From assembly GCA_035712665.1 (NCBI GenBank), contig DASTAN010000151.1:1-51064 (forward strand): a DNA stretch of 51,064 bases, given 5' to 3'. Under the pieces are notes generated by a model that was not told the DNA's origin, searched no databases, and saw only the letters and a program-made list of their open reading frames with translations. This DNA comes from Gemmatimonadales bacterium (lineage in GTDB: Bacteria; Gemmatimonadota; Gemmatimonadetes; Gemmatimonadales; GWC2-71-9). Of the stretch, positions 23,476 to 32,775 are shown in pieces (positions within the stretch are counted from its first letter, which is position 1; each line of letters starts with the position of its first letter). Made by a program: the position numbers and the translations under genes.

Positions 23476-25626
23476 CTACCTGAGATCGGCGATCGCCGCC
23501 AGTCGGTCGCGCAGCGCCTCCTTGAGCGCGCGGCCGGCGGCGCGCCGCAGCGCCTCGATCGCCTGCTCCGCGGCCTCGTCGCCGCTCCAGTCGGGCATCT
23601 CGAAGTGGAGACAGCCGCCCCCGTCCGTCGGCGCAGTGCCCTCGAGGAAGTACTCCTCGCGGCCGCACGGCTCCAGCCACGTCCCGGGGCCGTAGCCTTC
23701 CTCGAGCCCCTCGGGCATCGCGAAGGCGTCGTCGCCCTCGACCCCGATCTCGCGCAGGAACCGCGCGACGATCGGCACGGCGACTGCCCCGCCGGAACGA
23801 CCGATCGGCGCGCCATCGTCGTGGCCAACCCAGAGCCCGACGACGAGCGTCGGCGTGTATGCCAGGAACCAGCCGTCGCGAAAGCCGTTCGAGGTTCCGG
23901 TCTTCCCCGCCACGCCATCGCTGTCGATCTCCTCCCCGAGTCGTCGCGCCGTACCGTGATCCACCACGCCCTGCAGCGCGGAGGTCACGAGCCAGGTGAC
24001 GGCCGGATCGGCCACCCGCCGAGTCCGCGGTGCGTCGGCCGCGACGGTGACGCCGCCGTAGCTGCGTCGGCCAAGCAGCAGTCGCGGCTCGGCGAGCACC
24101 CCGCCGGTCGCGAACACGCCGTACGCGCGGGCGAGTTCCAGCGGCGTCACCTCGGCGCTGCCCAGCGCGAGACTCGGCACGCGCGGCATCGGGCTCGCGA
24201 TGCCCACCCGTTGCGCCGTGCTGGCGATCCGCTCGGGACCCAACTGGAGACCGATGCGCGCGAAGGGGAGGTTGAGCGACTGCTCGAGCGCCTCGCGCAG
24301 CGTCACCTCCCCGCGAAACGACTCGTCGTAGTTGGTCGGCTCCCACGCCGCCCCGCGCCCGGTCTCGACGCGCAGCGGCGCATCCTCGAGCGTCGACGCG
24401 AGCGTATAGGCAGGGGCGTCGTCGCGTGAAGGCCGCTCGAGCGCCGCGAGGGCGACGATCGGCTTGAAGGCGCTCCCCGGCTGGCGTCGCGCCTGCACCG
24501 CTCGGTTGAACTGCGACCGGCCGTAGTCCCGACCGCCGACCATCGCGAGCACGTCCCCGGTCCGCGGGTCGAGCGCCACCAACGCCGCTTCCGCGCGCGG
24601 GAGCCCGAGGCGTGCCAGTCCATCGCGCACCGCCCGCTCCGCCGCACGCTGCAGCCCCGGGTCGAGCGTGGTGTAGATCGCCACGCCCCGCGAGCCGGCC
24701 TGCGGACGACCGCTGCTGCGCACGTGGTCGACGAAGTGCCGCGCCTCGAGCGTGCGGAGGGGCGTCACGCGTCGCGGGATCGGCGCGCGTCGCGCACGCG
24801 CCGCGTCGTCCGGGTCGAGACGACCCTGCTCGACCATCAGTCGCAGCACAAGATCGCGCCGCGCCCGCGCATTCTCGGGATGCCGCGACGGGACGTGACG
24901 ATTCGGGGCGTGGATCATCCCGGCGAGCAGCGCCGCATCGGCCACCGACAGCTCCGTCACCGAGCGGCCGAGATGGTAGCGCGCGGCCGCCCCGACGCCG
25001 TGAATCGGTCGGCCACCATCCTGCCCGAGATACACTTCGTTGAGATAGGCCTCGAGGATGGCGCGCTTGTCGTGGCGCGCCTCGAGCACCAGCGCCATCG
25101 CGGCCTCGCGGGCCTTGCGGAGCGGGGTGCGATCGGCCGAAAGAAAGAGGTTCTTCGCGAGCTGCTGCGTGATCGTCGAGCCGCCCTCCGCAATGCCGCC
25201 CGCGCGCACGTTGGCGACGAAGGCCCCCGCGATGCGGCGCGGGTCGAGGCCGTGATGGGAGAGGAAGCGCTGGTCCTCGATCGCCAGGACAGCATCGACC
25301 AGCACCTCGGGCATGTCGTCGAGCGCCACGACGAGCCGTGCCTCGAGCGGGGCACCGTCGAGCGAACCGATCGGTACCGGACGCACCGGCTCCCCGTCGT
25401 CACGCCACGCGACAGGACGCGTGTAGAGGGCACTCGGGAGTCGCGTTTCCGGCGCGCCCAGCTCGGCCCGGACGAACGCCTCGACCCAGATCACCACGGA
25501 GCCGGCGACCACCAGCCCCACCGTCCAGCGACGGATCCGGCGCCACGGCCAGCGGCTGCGGAAGGCCGCCGCGGCCTGCCGCGCCGTGGCCCACCGATCC
25601 TGTCGGGGTGTCTCCTCGGGAGTCAT
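23476..25626 (-). CDS. Class A penicillin-binding protein (glycosyltransferase GT51 + transpeptidase; PBP1A/1C-like)
   Basis: N-terminal TM anchor. GT51 motifs AIEDQRFLSHHGLD, GGSTITQQLAKN and RKAREA. Transpeptidase motifs SAFKP and KTGTS. Confidence 0.9.
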   Translation of the reverse strand: MTPEETPRQDRWATARQAAAAFRSRWPWRRIRRWTVGLVVAGSVVIWVEAFVRAELGAPETRLPSALYTRPVAWRDDGEPVRPVPIGSLDGAPLEARLVVALDDMPEVLVDAVLAIEDQRFLSHHGLDPRRIAGAFVANVRAGGIAEGGSTITQQLAKNLFLSADRTPLRKAREAAMALVLEARHDKRAILEAYLNEVYLGQDGGRPIHGVGAAARYHLGRSVTELSVADAALLAGMIHAPNRHVPSRHPENARARRDLVLRLMVEQGRLDPDDAARARRAPIPRRVTPLRTLEARHFVDHVRSSGRPQAGSRGVAIYTTLDPGLQRAAERAVRDGLARLGLPRAEAALVALDPRTGDVLAMVGGRDYGRSQFNRAVQARRQPGSAFKPIVALAALERPSRDDAPAYTLASTLEDAPLRVETGRGAAWEPTNYDESFRGEVTLREALEQSLNLPFARIGLQLGPERIASTAQRVGIASPMPRVPSLALGSAEVTPLELARAYGVFATGGVLAEPRLLLGRRSYGGVTVAADAPRTRRVADPAVTWLVTSALQGVVDHGTARRLGEEIDSDGVAGKTGTSNGFRDGWFLAYTPTLVVGLWVGHDDGAPIGRSGGAVAVPIVARFLREIGVEGDDAFAMPEGLEEGYGPGTWLEPCGREEYFLEGTAPTDGGGCLHFEMPDWSGDEAAEQAIEALRRAAGRALKEALRDRLAAIADLR

Positions 25627-25683
25627 CGCCGGCCTCCAGGGCTGTTGCGAGTCCTCCCTTACCCGATCAGGGGCTCGGGGGTT

Positions 25684-26211
25684 TCACGTTGCAACAGTGG
25701 AACGGTAGATCGAGATCGCCGTGTCCCCCCAGACCTTCCGGAGTGCTGGCCTCGGCAGGGAGTGGTCCGGGGCGTGCTCGACGGCAAGGAGACGGGCGAA
25801 CCGGCTCGCCTGCCACGCGGCCACGATGCGATCCAGGATCTTCGAGCCGTACGGCGGATCGGCGAAGGCGAGATCGTACCGATCCGCCGTCAGGGCCTCG
25901 ACAAACGGGACCGCATCCTTCGCGAAGACCCGCGTCACGTCGCGCAGGCGAAGTGCCGCGATGTTGGCCTTGAGGGCGTGCAGCGAGGCGGGACGGAACT
26001 CCACGAAGTCGGCGCGCGCCGCGCCGCGCGAGATCGCTTCGAGGCCGAGCGCTCCGGTGCCGGCGCAGAGGTCGAGCACCCGCGCGCCGCGCACGTCATC
26101 GCCGAGGAGGGTGAGGAGGCCATCGCGCGTCGCTTCGGCGGTGGGCCGCACCCGCTGGTCTGCCGGCGGCGTGAGGTGTCGTCCGGCCAGCTTGCCCTTC
26201 ACGATCCGCAT
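25684..26211 (-). CDS. rsmD: 16S rRNA (guanine966-N2)-methyltransferase RsmD
   Basis: Within ORF 25684-26262. From ATG 26211 it reads MRIVKGKLAGRHL..RPT. Contains VLDLCAGTGALGLEAISRGA and the DPPY motif (FADPPYG). Confidence 0.88.
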   Translation of the reverse strand: MRIVKGKLAGRHLTPPADQRVRPTAEATRDGLLTLLGDDVRGARVLDLCAGTGALGLEAISRGAARADFVEFRPASLHALKANIAALRLRDVTRVFAKDAVPFVEALTADRYDLAFADPPYGSKILDRIVAAWQASRFARLLAVEHAPDHSLPRPALRKVWGDTAISIYRSTVAT

Positions 26212-26231
26212 CGCGGCTCCCTGACGTGCGA

Positions 26232-26269
26232 GACGCCGGTGGCGGGGAGGAGTCCCCGCCACCGGCGTC
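26232..26269 (-). terminator. Strong hairpin between the LVIVD gene and rsmD (no U-tract)
   Basis: GACGCCGGTGGCGGGG-AGGAGT-CCCCGCCACCGGCGTC, a 16-bp perfect stem. It may be a terminator, attenuator or RNA-stability element. Confidence 0.45.
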
Positions 26270-26289
26270 CCGAATCTACCATCGTGCGA

Positions 26290-28266
26290 TCAGCTCTTGG
26301 TCGCGAGCTCCCGCACCGTCGCGGCCAGCGTGCGCACCTTCGCCGCGTCGCGCGAGTTGCCCGCGTCGCGATCGAGCTCGCCGGCAAGCGTGCGGAGCGC
26401 CGTCGCGCGCTCCTGCGAACCCGCGCGCTCAGCGGCGGTGAGCGCCTCGCGCACCGCGGCGATGCGACCGGCGTTGAGCCCGCCCGATCGCGCGAGCTGG
26501 TCGACATACGCCTTGGCGAGCACGAAGGTCGTCGGCCAGACGTACTTCGGCTGGCCCTGGGCGTTGAGGTGGCCGAGCTTCACCGTCTTCGACGCGTCGA
26601 TCTCGTTCTGCGTCAGCATCGGGCTCGGGGTCAGTTCGAGCACGTCGAGCCCGCGACCGATCTCCGAGCTGACGATCAGGCCGTTGTACCAGTAGACCGA
26701 CCACGAGCCGGCGTTGCCCATCCGGGTGCCGTCGATCGGGCCACGATCGAAGAAGGCGATCTCGACCGGCTTGCTGACGTCGGTCCAGTCGAACACGGTG
26801 AGGCCGCCCTGGTAGAACGCCTGCACCATCACGTCACGGCCCGGGATCGGGATCAGCGACCCGTTGTGCGCCACGCAGTTCTCAAGCGGCGTCTGCTCGG
26901 CCGGCATCTTGTAGTACGACTTGAAGACCATCTTCCGGTTCTGGATCGCGAAGAGCGCGTTGGCGCCCCACTGCGGCGGATCGCCGGCGCGGCACTTCGG
27001 CTGGCCGCCGCCGCCCCACTCGTCCGAGAAGAGCACCTTGGTGCCGTCGTTGTTGAACGTCGCCGAGTGCCAGTACGAGAAGTTCGAGTCGGCCACCGCA
27101 TCCACGCGCACCGGGTTCGCCGGGTCACGGATGTCGAGCAGCAGGCCGTAGCCCTCGCAGGCGCCGCCGGCCATGCCGATCGCCGGGTACACGGTGATGT
27201 CATGGCACTGGTTCGGGCCCGGGCGCGGGCCGCTCTGCTGGCCCTCGGAGCGCCCCATCATCCGGGAGATCAGTGTCGGGATGTAGGCGCGGAACGCCGC
27301 CGAGTCGGCCGCCGTCGCCGCGCCCGTGCCGCCGCGGGCCTTCACGATGCTGTCGAGCTGGGGGCGCACGAAGCCGGCCGGGAGGAGCATCTCCTCGCCG
27401 CCGATCGTGGCGACGAACGCACCCGCCGCCTTGGCCTTGGCGATCTCCGCCTTGTCCACCGGCGACGCGCCGTGCCCCTTCGCCTCGGTGAGCCCCTCGA
27501 AGATCCGCGGCGAGGTCACGATCGCGGCCGCCGACGGGTTCTTGAGCGGGACCTTGATGACCTCGATGCGGAACATCGCCGAGTTCGGGCCCTCGCGCGT
27601 GCAGCCCGGGAGCTCGTCGGCCGGGCGGATGCCGGCCGAGCCCGAGATGTACACGTAGACGTTCTCCTTGTCCTTCGGATCCTCGAGCACCGTGTGGGTG
27701 TGCGAGCCGCGGCAGGTCTGCACGTTGCCGACGTTCTTCGGGTTGCGGATGTCGCTGATGTCGAAGATGCGCAGGCCGCGGAGACGGTCCTTGCTCACCG
27801 CGGTGCGGATCGGCTGGTCGCCGCAGTCGAGGCGGCCGGTGAGCCCCTCGCCCGAGATGAAGAGCAGGTTCCCGTAGACCGACACGTCGCTCTGCGAGGC
27901 CGGGCAGTAGTAGTCGGTCACCAGCGTCGGCTTGGTCGGGGTCGAGATGTCCCAGATCTGCCAGCCGTTGTAGTTGCCCTGGATCGCGTAGTTGCCGATG
28001 AAGGCGAGGTCCGAGTTGGTCGAGCTCTCGAAGCGCGGCGGCGACTTCGTGTTCGAGAGCAGCTTCATGTTCCAGGACGCCTCGCCGGCGTCATAGCGCC
28101 CGGCCTTCAGGCCGACGCGCGGATCCGGCGTGGGCCGGTTGACCACCAGGCCGGCCGGGGCCGGGGCGGCGGCACCGGTGCCGGACGTGCTCGATGCGCA
28201 CGCGGTGGCGCCGAGCAGGCCCATCGCCAGCAGCGGCAGGCGACGGGAAGCACGAACAGCAGACAT
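26290..28266 (-). CDS. LVIVD-repeat beta-propeller lipoprotein
   Basis: 658 aa from ATG 28266 (GAGGAG SD), reading MSAVRASRRLPLLAMGLLGATAC (lipobox). Shows repeated WQIWDISTP, LRIFDISDIRNP, LLLDIRDPANP, LTVFDWTDVSKP and GLDVLEL motifs. The upstream 243 codons of ORF 26290-28995 overlap the DUF305 gene. Confidence 0.75.
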   Translation of the reverse strand: MSAVRASRRLPLLAMGLLGATACASSTSGTGAAAPAPAGLVVNRPTPDPRVGLKAGRYDAGEASWNMKLLSNTKSPPRFESSTNSDLAFIGNYAIQGNYNGWQIWDISTPTKPTLVTDYYCPASQSDVSVYGNLLFISGEGLTGRLDCGDQPIRTAVSKDRLRGLRIFDISDIRNPKNVGNVQTCRGSHTHTVLEDPKDKENVYVYISGSAGIRPADELPGCTREGPNSAMFRIEVIKVPLKNPSAAAIVTSPRIFEGLTEAKGHGASPVDKAEIAKAKAAGAFVATIGGEEMLLPAGFVRPQLDSIVKARGGTGAATAADSAAFRAYIPTLISRMMGRSEGQQSGPRPGPNQCHDITVYPAIGMAGGACEGYGLLLDIRDPANPVRVDAVADSNFSYWHSATFNNDGTKVLFSDEWGGGGQPKCRAGDPPQWGANALFAIQNRKMVFKSYYKMPAEQTPLENCVAHNGSLIPIPGRDVMVQAFYQGGLTVFDWTDVSKPVEIAFFDRGPIDGTRMGNAGSWSVYWYNGLIVSSEIGRGLDVLELTPSPMLTQNEIDASKTVKLGHLNAQGQPKYVWPTTFVLAKAYVDQLARSGGLNAGRIAAVREALTAAERAGSQERATALRTLAGELDRDAGNSRDAAKVRTLAATVRELATKS

Positions 28267-28319
28267 CAGCAGCTCCTCGGGTGAAGCGGGATGGAACGGG
28301 GACACGAACGTCGGGAACG

Positions 28320-28967
28320 TCACTGGCCGGCGGCGCGAAAGATGAGCTCGGCGAGCATCCGCTCCATCCGGGCCACTTCCGTGCGCTGGTCGACCTGCAC
28401 GTCGGTGGCGAAGCGGAAGACCCCCTCGTCCTGCGCCGCGCCATCGGTCGCGAAGAGGCGATCGACCATCGTGATCGCCCCGCTGTGGTGCTGGATCATG
28501 AACTTCAGGAACAGCCGGTCGAAGGCCTCGCCGCGGGCGGCCTCGAGCTCCGCGAGCTGCGCCGGCGACAGCATCCCCATCATCGGCGCGTGCTCGGCGT
28601 GGGCGCCGTGCCCCATCATCGCATGCTCGGGATCGGGAATCGGCTGGCGACGGTCGCCAAGCCAGACCTGCATCAGCCGGATCTCGTCCTGCTGCGCGTT
28701 GATGATGCGGGCGGCCAGCCGCTGGATCGTCGGCGAGGCCTCGTGCGTCGGCGCCCAGCGCGAGATCAGGATCGCCTGCGCGTGGTGCCCGATCATGTCG
28801 GACATGAAGCGGACGTCGGCGGCAGTATAGGGATAGCGGGCGCTGTCGGCCTGCGCCTTGGCGATGGCGGCCGGGGTGCTCTCCGGCAACGGTGCGACCG
28901 TCTGGGCGACGGTCCGCGCCGGGATCGCGAGCAGCAGGATCCCGGCGCCCCACACGAACGGATTCAC
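28320..28967 (-). CDS. DUF305-family (ferritin-like, CopM-related) periplasmic protein with His/Met-rich insert
   Basis: GTG 28967 follows GAAGGAG and gives a signal peptide VNPFVWGAGILLLAIPARTVAQ. Two DUF305 half-motifs are present (FMSDMIGHHAQAI; FLKFMIQHHSGAI). The linker is EHAMMGHGAHAEHAPMMGM (28572-28628). Confidence 0.8.
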   Translation of the reverse strand: MNPFVWGAGILLLAIPARTVAQTVAPLPESTPAAIAKAQADSARYPYTAADVRFMSDMIGHHAQAILISRWAPTHEASPTIQRLAARIINAQQDEIRLMQVWLGDRRQPIPDPEHAMMGHGAHAEHAPMMGMLSPAQLAELEAARGEAFDRLFLKFMIQHHSGAITMVDRLFATDGAAQDEGVFRFATDVQVDQRTEVARMERMLAELIFRAAGQ

Positions 28968-29049
28968 GCGACCACGTCTCCTTCGAGTCGACCACTCGGG
29001 GGTAGCAGAATGGTACGTCCGATCAGACGCCCGGGTTGGCCGGATGGTT

Positions 29050-32000
29050 TCACTGGGGTCCCTGCCCCTGCCACGGTTGCGGGGGGAGCGGCCGCTGCCG
29101 CGGGAAGACCTCCGCGAGCGTCCCTGCATCATACATCCGACCGCCCTTCATCACGAAGCGGATGTTGTTGGTCTCCCGCAGGTTGACGAGCGGGTTGCCG
29201 CCCAGCACCACGAGGTCCGCCAGCTTCCCCGGCTCGAGCGAGCCGAGGTCATCCCCGAACCCGATCGCCTCCGCCCCGAGGATGGTCGCGGTCCGGAGCG
29301 CATCGTGCGGCGTCATCCCCCCCGCCGCCATGCTCCAGAGCTCCCACTGGTAGCCGAGCCCCTGCAGCTGGCCGTGCGCGCCGACCCCCATCCGGCCCCC
29401 GGCCTCGACGACGCGCTTCGCGAACGCCGCGTGCTTCGGGAAGACGAACTCCTCGTCACGGAACCAGCCGCCGGGGCCCGGGCCGACCCCCTGCCCGCGC
29501 CGGCGGGTCTTCGCGTCGAGCTCGGCCTCGGGGGTGAACGCGCGGAGCTTCGCGTCGCGGTAGGGGTTCTCGCGGGTGTACCACCATTCCTCGCCGAACG
29601 GGCCGCCGTACGAGACGAGCAGCGTCGGCGAGTTGGTCGTGCCGCTCTCGACGAGGAGCGTCGCGACATCCCCGAAGAGCGGGGCGATCGGCAGCGCGTG
29701 CTCGATCCCCGGGTAGCCGTCGATCGCGTGCGTCAGGTCGAGCTTGAAGTCGAGCCCGCCCTCGGTCGTCGGCATGATGCCGAGTTCCTTCGCGGCCATG
29801 ATGATCCACTGCCGCTGCTGGCGGTTGCCGCTCATGTACATCTTGAGCGTCTTGGTGTCGTAGTATGTCGCGTACCGCTTGAGCACGCGCCGCGCGTGGT
29901 CGAGATCCTTGATCGCCTCGTTGGCGAAGACGCCCGGGCCGGTCGAGTAGATGCGCGGGCCGATCAGGTCGCCGGTCTCGACGCGATCCTGGTAGGTGAG
30001 GACGTCGGTCGTCGCGGTCTGCGGATCGCGCGTGGTGGTGACGCCGTACGCGAGCGTGGCGAGATACTGCCACACCTGCCCGGTGTGCACGGCCGGCACC
30101 AGCCACTGCGGATGGTAGTGCGTGTCCACGAAGCCGGGGACGATGGTTGCCCCCGCGAGATCGCGCACCTCGGCACCCTCCGGGATCGCGACGCTGCCGC
30201 TCGGCCCGACCGCCGCGATGCGATGGCCACGGATCACGAGATCGCCGCGCTCGATGACCTCGGTCCCCTTCATCGTGATGATCCGTGCGTTGCGCAGCGC
30301 GATCGTCCCGGTCGGCACGTCACGCGTCGCCGTCACCGCCACGCGTCGCTCGTCGGGGAGGTAGCCCTTGGGTGCGCTCTTCGCGCTGTCCGGCTTCGCG
30401 GCACTATCGGGCTTCGCCGTGCTGTCGGGCTTCGCCCTGGCCGCGGCCTTCTTCGCCGCCGCGAGCGAGTCCTCGACGACCTTCGCGCGATCGAGGTCGT
30501 AGCTCCAGACCGCGTTGCCGAGCGACCAGAGGATGCGACGACCATCGGCCGACCACGACGGGAACTCGCCGCCGACCTCGTTGAGCTGCTTCACCGGCAC
30601 CGAGGCGGTCGCCGGGTTCGCGACCGAGACCGTCGGTGCCGTCGCGCCGACCTGCGGCACGGTGACGGTGTAGAGATCCATCCCGACCTGCGCCAGCGCG
30701 AGATCCCCGCGCGGTGCCATCCGGATCAGTGCGGCAGGCGGCGGCGTCGGGTTCGCCTCGCTGCCGAGGATCGCAGGCATGTCGGGGCCATGGTGGTCGT
30801 CGACCCAGTTGCGCGCAGGCGGGAGCGGGCCGGTGACCTTGAGGTGCGTCTTCTCGTCGGTGCCGTCCCAGCGGAACGAGACCAGGCCCGTGGCTGGGCT
30901 GTAGGCGTAGATTCGCGCGGCATCACTGGTGAAGTGCGGTGCGTACCGTCCGTTGGCCGGCGCGATGACCGTGGCCGCGCCGCCCGCGCGCGGGAACCAG
31001 ACAAACTCGGCCGTCGGCGTGATGGTGCTGAAGAAGCCGAGGGCCTCGCGCAGCTCGCGCGCCGGGGCGCGCACGGTGACGAGTCGCGCACCATCGGGCG
31101 ACCACGCCGGCGCCTGATAGTACGCGGCGGCGCTGGAGATCGCGGTCGCGCGACCGCCCGCGGCGGGGACCGTCATCACCTGGCCCCCGCTGGCGTCATC
31201 CCACGTCACGAACGCGATCGTGCCGCCATCCGGCGACCAGCTTGGCTGGTACTCGCCGACGGCCTGCGTGGTGAGGCGACGGGGCGTGCCGTTCGGCCAG
31301 TCCATCACGTAGAGCTTCGCGAGGGCACTGAACGCCAGGCGCTTGCCGTCAGGCGACAGCTGCGCGTCGCGGATCTGGCGCGCGGTGAAGGTCGTGCCGT
31401 CGTCGACCGTGTAGCGGGACTTCACCTCGGGGCCGAGCGCCAGCGACACGTTCGCCGTGAACGGGATCGGGGTCGGCGTGCCGCCGGCCACCGGAATGCG
31501 CCAGAAGCCGCCGTTGTAGCTCGCGATCACGAAGCGCGAGTCGGGCGTGAAGCTGTAGCCCGGCAGCACGTCGAGCGGGGCACGGCTCTCCTGGTCATCG
31601 CGCTGCACCGGATAGGCCAGCCAGCGCTCCTCGCCGGTGGCGAGCTCGCGGAGGCGAAGGCCGCTCTCGGCATCGTAGCGCGTGCCGTAGACCAGCCACT
31701 TTCCGTCGGGCGAGAGCGCGGGGCGGAAGGCCGAGCCGTAGCGGGTGGTGATGACGGTGGACTGGCCGCGCTCGCGATCGTACACGGCGAGCTGGTACTG
31801 CGGGAAGATCGCGTTGTACTGCCAGTCGCCGGTGCGCTGGGCGTAGTAGATGCGGCGGCCGTCGGGGCCGAACGCGGGACCGAGCGTCTTGAGCGTGGCC
31901 GGTTCGCTGATGAGCGGGAGACCGTTGCCGCCCTCGACGTGATAGAGCCAGAGCTTCGCCGCGCCGCCGAGCGGCCCGCCGGAGCGTGACGCGACGATGT

Positions 32001-32442
32001 AGCGACCATCGGGCGTCCACTCGGGCGAGTGGTAGAGCTGCTCGTTGCCCTTGGTGAGCTGCAGCGTGTCGCGCCGGTCGAGCGACATGATCCAGAGATT
32101 CTCGCCGCCCGAGCGATCGGAGACGAAGACGATCCGCTTCCCGTCCGGCGAGAAGCGCGGCTGGGCATTGTAGGCCATCCCGCTCGTGAGCGGCGTCGCC
32201 GTGCCGCCGGCACTCGGCATCGTGTACAGCTGCCCGAGCAGGTCGAAGACCAGCGTGCCCCCATCCGGCGAGACATCGACCGACATCCACGACCCCTCGG
32301 TCGTGGTGAAGGTGGCCGTGCGCCCCACGGCGAGGGGGAGCGGTGCCTTGGTCGTCGTGTCCTTCGCAGCCTGGGCAGGCAGGAGAAGCGGCGCGGTCAG
32401 GGCACACGCCAGGGCGGCGCGGCGGGCGATGGTCAGCACCAT
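29050..32442 (-). CDS. TolB-like beta-propeller / amidohydrolase fusion protein, secreted
   Basis: ORF 29050-32484. ATG 32442 gives MVLTIARRAALACALTAPLLLPAQA. The N-terminal half has WD40-like propeller repeats (FSPDGKRIVF, WTPDGRYIV, LSPDGKWLVY, WSPDGGTIAF, WSPDGARLV, WSADGRRILW). The C-terminal half has amidohydrolase motifs (GFVDTHYHP, ...IEHA...). Confidence 0.85.
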   Translation of the reverse strand: MVLTIARRAALACALTAPLLLPAQAAKDTTTKAPLPLAVGRTATFTTTEGSWMSVDVSPDGGTLVFDLLGQLYTMPSAGGTATPLTSGMAYNAQPRFSPDGKRIVFVSDRSGGENLWIMSLDRRDTLQLTKGNEQLYHSPEWTPDGRYIVASRSGGPLGGAAKLWLYHVEGGNGLPLISEPATLKTLGPAFGPDGRRIYYAQRTGDWQYNAIFPQYQLAVYDRERGQSTVITTRYGSAFRPALSPDGKWLVYGTRYDAESGLRLRELATGEERWLAYPVQRDDQESRAPLDVLPGYSFTPDSRFVIASYNGGFWRIPVAGGTPTPIPFTANVSLALGPEVKSRYTVDDGTTFTARQIRDAQLSPDGKRLAFSALAKLYVMDWPNGTPRRLTTQAVGEYQPSWSPDGGTIAFVTWDDASGGQVMTVPAAGGRATAISSAAAYYQAPAWSPDGARLVTVRAPARELREALGFFSTITPTAEFVWFPRAGGAATVIAPANGRYAPHFTSDAARIYAYSPATGLVSFRWDGTDEKTHLKVTGPLPPARNWVDDHHGPDMPAILGSEANPTPPPAALIRMAPRGDLALAQVGMDLYTVTVPQVGATAPTVSVANPATASVPVKQLNEVGGEFPSWSADGRRILWSLGNAVWSYDLDRAKVVEDSLAAAKKAAARAKPDSTAKPDSAAKPDSAKSAPKGYLPDERRVAVTATRDVPTGTIALRNARIITMKGTEVIERGDLVIRGHRIAAVGPSGSVAIPEGAEVRDLAGATIVPGFVDTHYHPQWLVPAVHTGQVWQYLATLAYGVTTTRDPQTATTDVLTYQDRVETGDLIGPRIYSTGPGVFANEAIKDLDHARRVLKRYATYYDTKTLKMYMSGNRQQRQWIIMAAKELGIMPTTEGGLDFKLDLTHAIDGYPGIEHALPIAPLFGDVATLLVESGTTNSPTLLVSYGGPFGEEWWYTRENPYRDAKLRAFTPEAELDAKTRRRGQGVGPGPGGWFRDEEFVFPKHAAFAKRVVEAGGRMGVGAHGQLQGLGYQWELWSMAAGGMTPHDALRTATILGAEAIGFGDDLGSLEPGKLADLVVLGGNPLVNLRETNNIRFVMKGGRMYDAGTLAEVFPRQRPLPPQPWQGQGPQ

Positions 32443-32510
32443 GTCGGGAGGTCCTTGGCTGGGATGTCGGGAAGCGGTGACCAATCTACGCCGGGACCGG
32501 AAATTCGTTT

Positions 32511-32564
32511 CCCCCTCACCCCTGACCCCTCACCCCTGACCCCGATCACCATTGACCGTTCACT
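32511..32564. repeat. Heptamer tract R10 (CCCCTCA/CCCCTGA then CACC(A/G)TT units)
   Basis: CCCCCTCACCCCTGACCCCTCACCCCTGACCCCGATCACCATTGACCGTTCAC. It lies in the divergent region between the amidohydrolase fusion and the TSCPD-like ORF. Confidence 0.8.
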
Positions 32565-32613
32565 GTTTCGGCGTATCTTCGGTGTAAACCAAACAAAAAC
32601 CGAAGAGAACGCC

Positions 32614-32775
32614 ATGACCCCGCCCACCGCCGCCCTGCGTCTCGCCCCCACGACGTATCGCCCCGCACCCAACCCCCTGATTGCGGCCACCTCCTGCCCG
32701 GAATGCGCTTCCCCGGTGGTGCGCCAGTCCGGATGCGCCACCTGCCCAACCTGCGGCTGGGGGAAGTGCGGCTGA
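32614..32775 (+). CDS. Small Cys-rich protein (53 aa), TSCPD-like zinc-ribbon/4-Cys motif
   Basis: MTPPTAALRLAPTTYRPAPNPLIAATSCPECASPVVRQSGCATCPTCGWGKCG. The TSCPE...GC..C..CGW..C pattern is the same as the TSCPD tail of class II ribonucleotide reductases. Its stop overlaps the radical SAM start (ATGA). It is hidden in spurious ORF 32029-32775. Confidence 0.6.
   Translation: MTPPTAALRLAPTTYRPAPNPLIAATSCPECASPVVRQSGCATCPTCGWGKCG

Noticed and set aside
32614-32775. Cys-rich mini-ORF as a classical RiPP precursor for the adjacent radical SAM enzyme
   Set aside because: This is kept as an alternative only. The Cys pattern fits a TSCPD/zinc-ribbon redox module better than a leader-core precursor. 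The radical SAM protein also looks like the PA0069/SplB-like family rather than a SPASM/RRE-containing peptide maturase.
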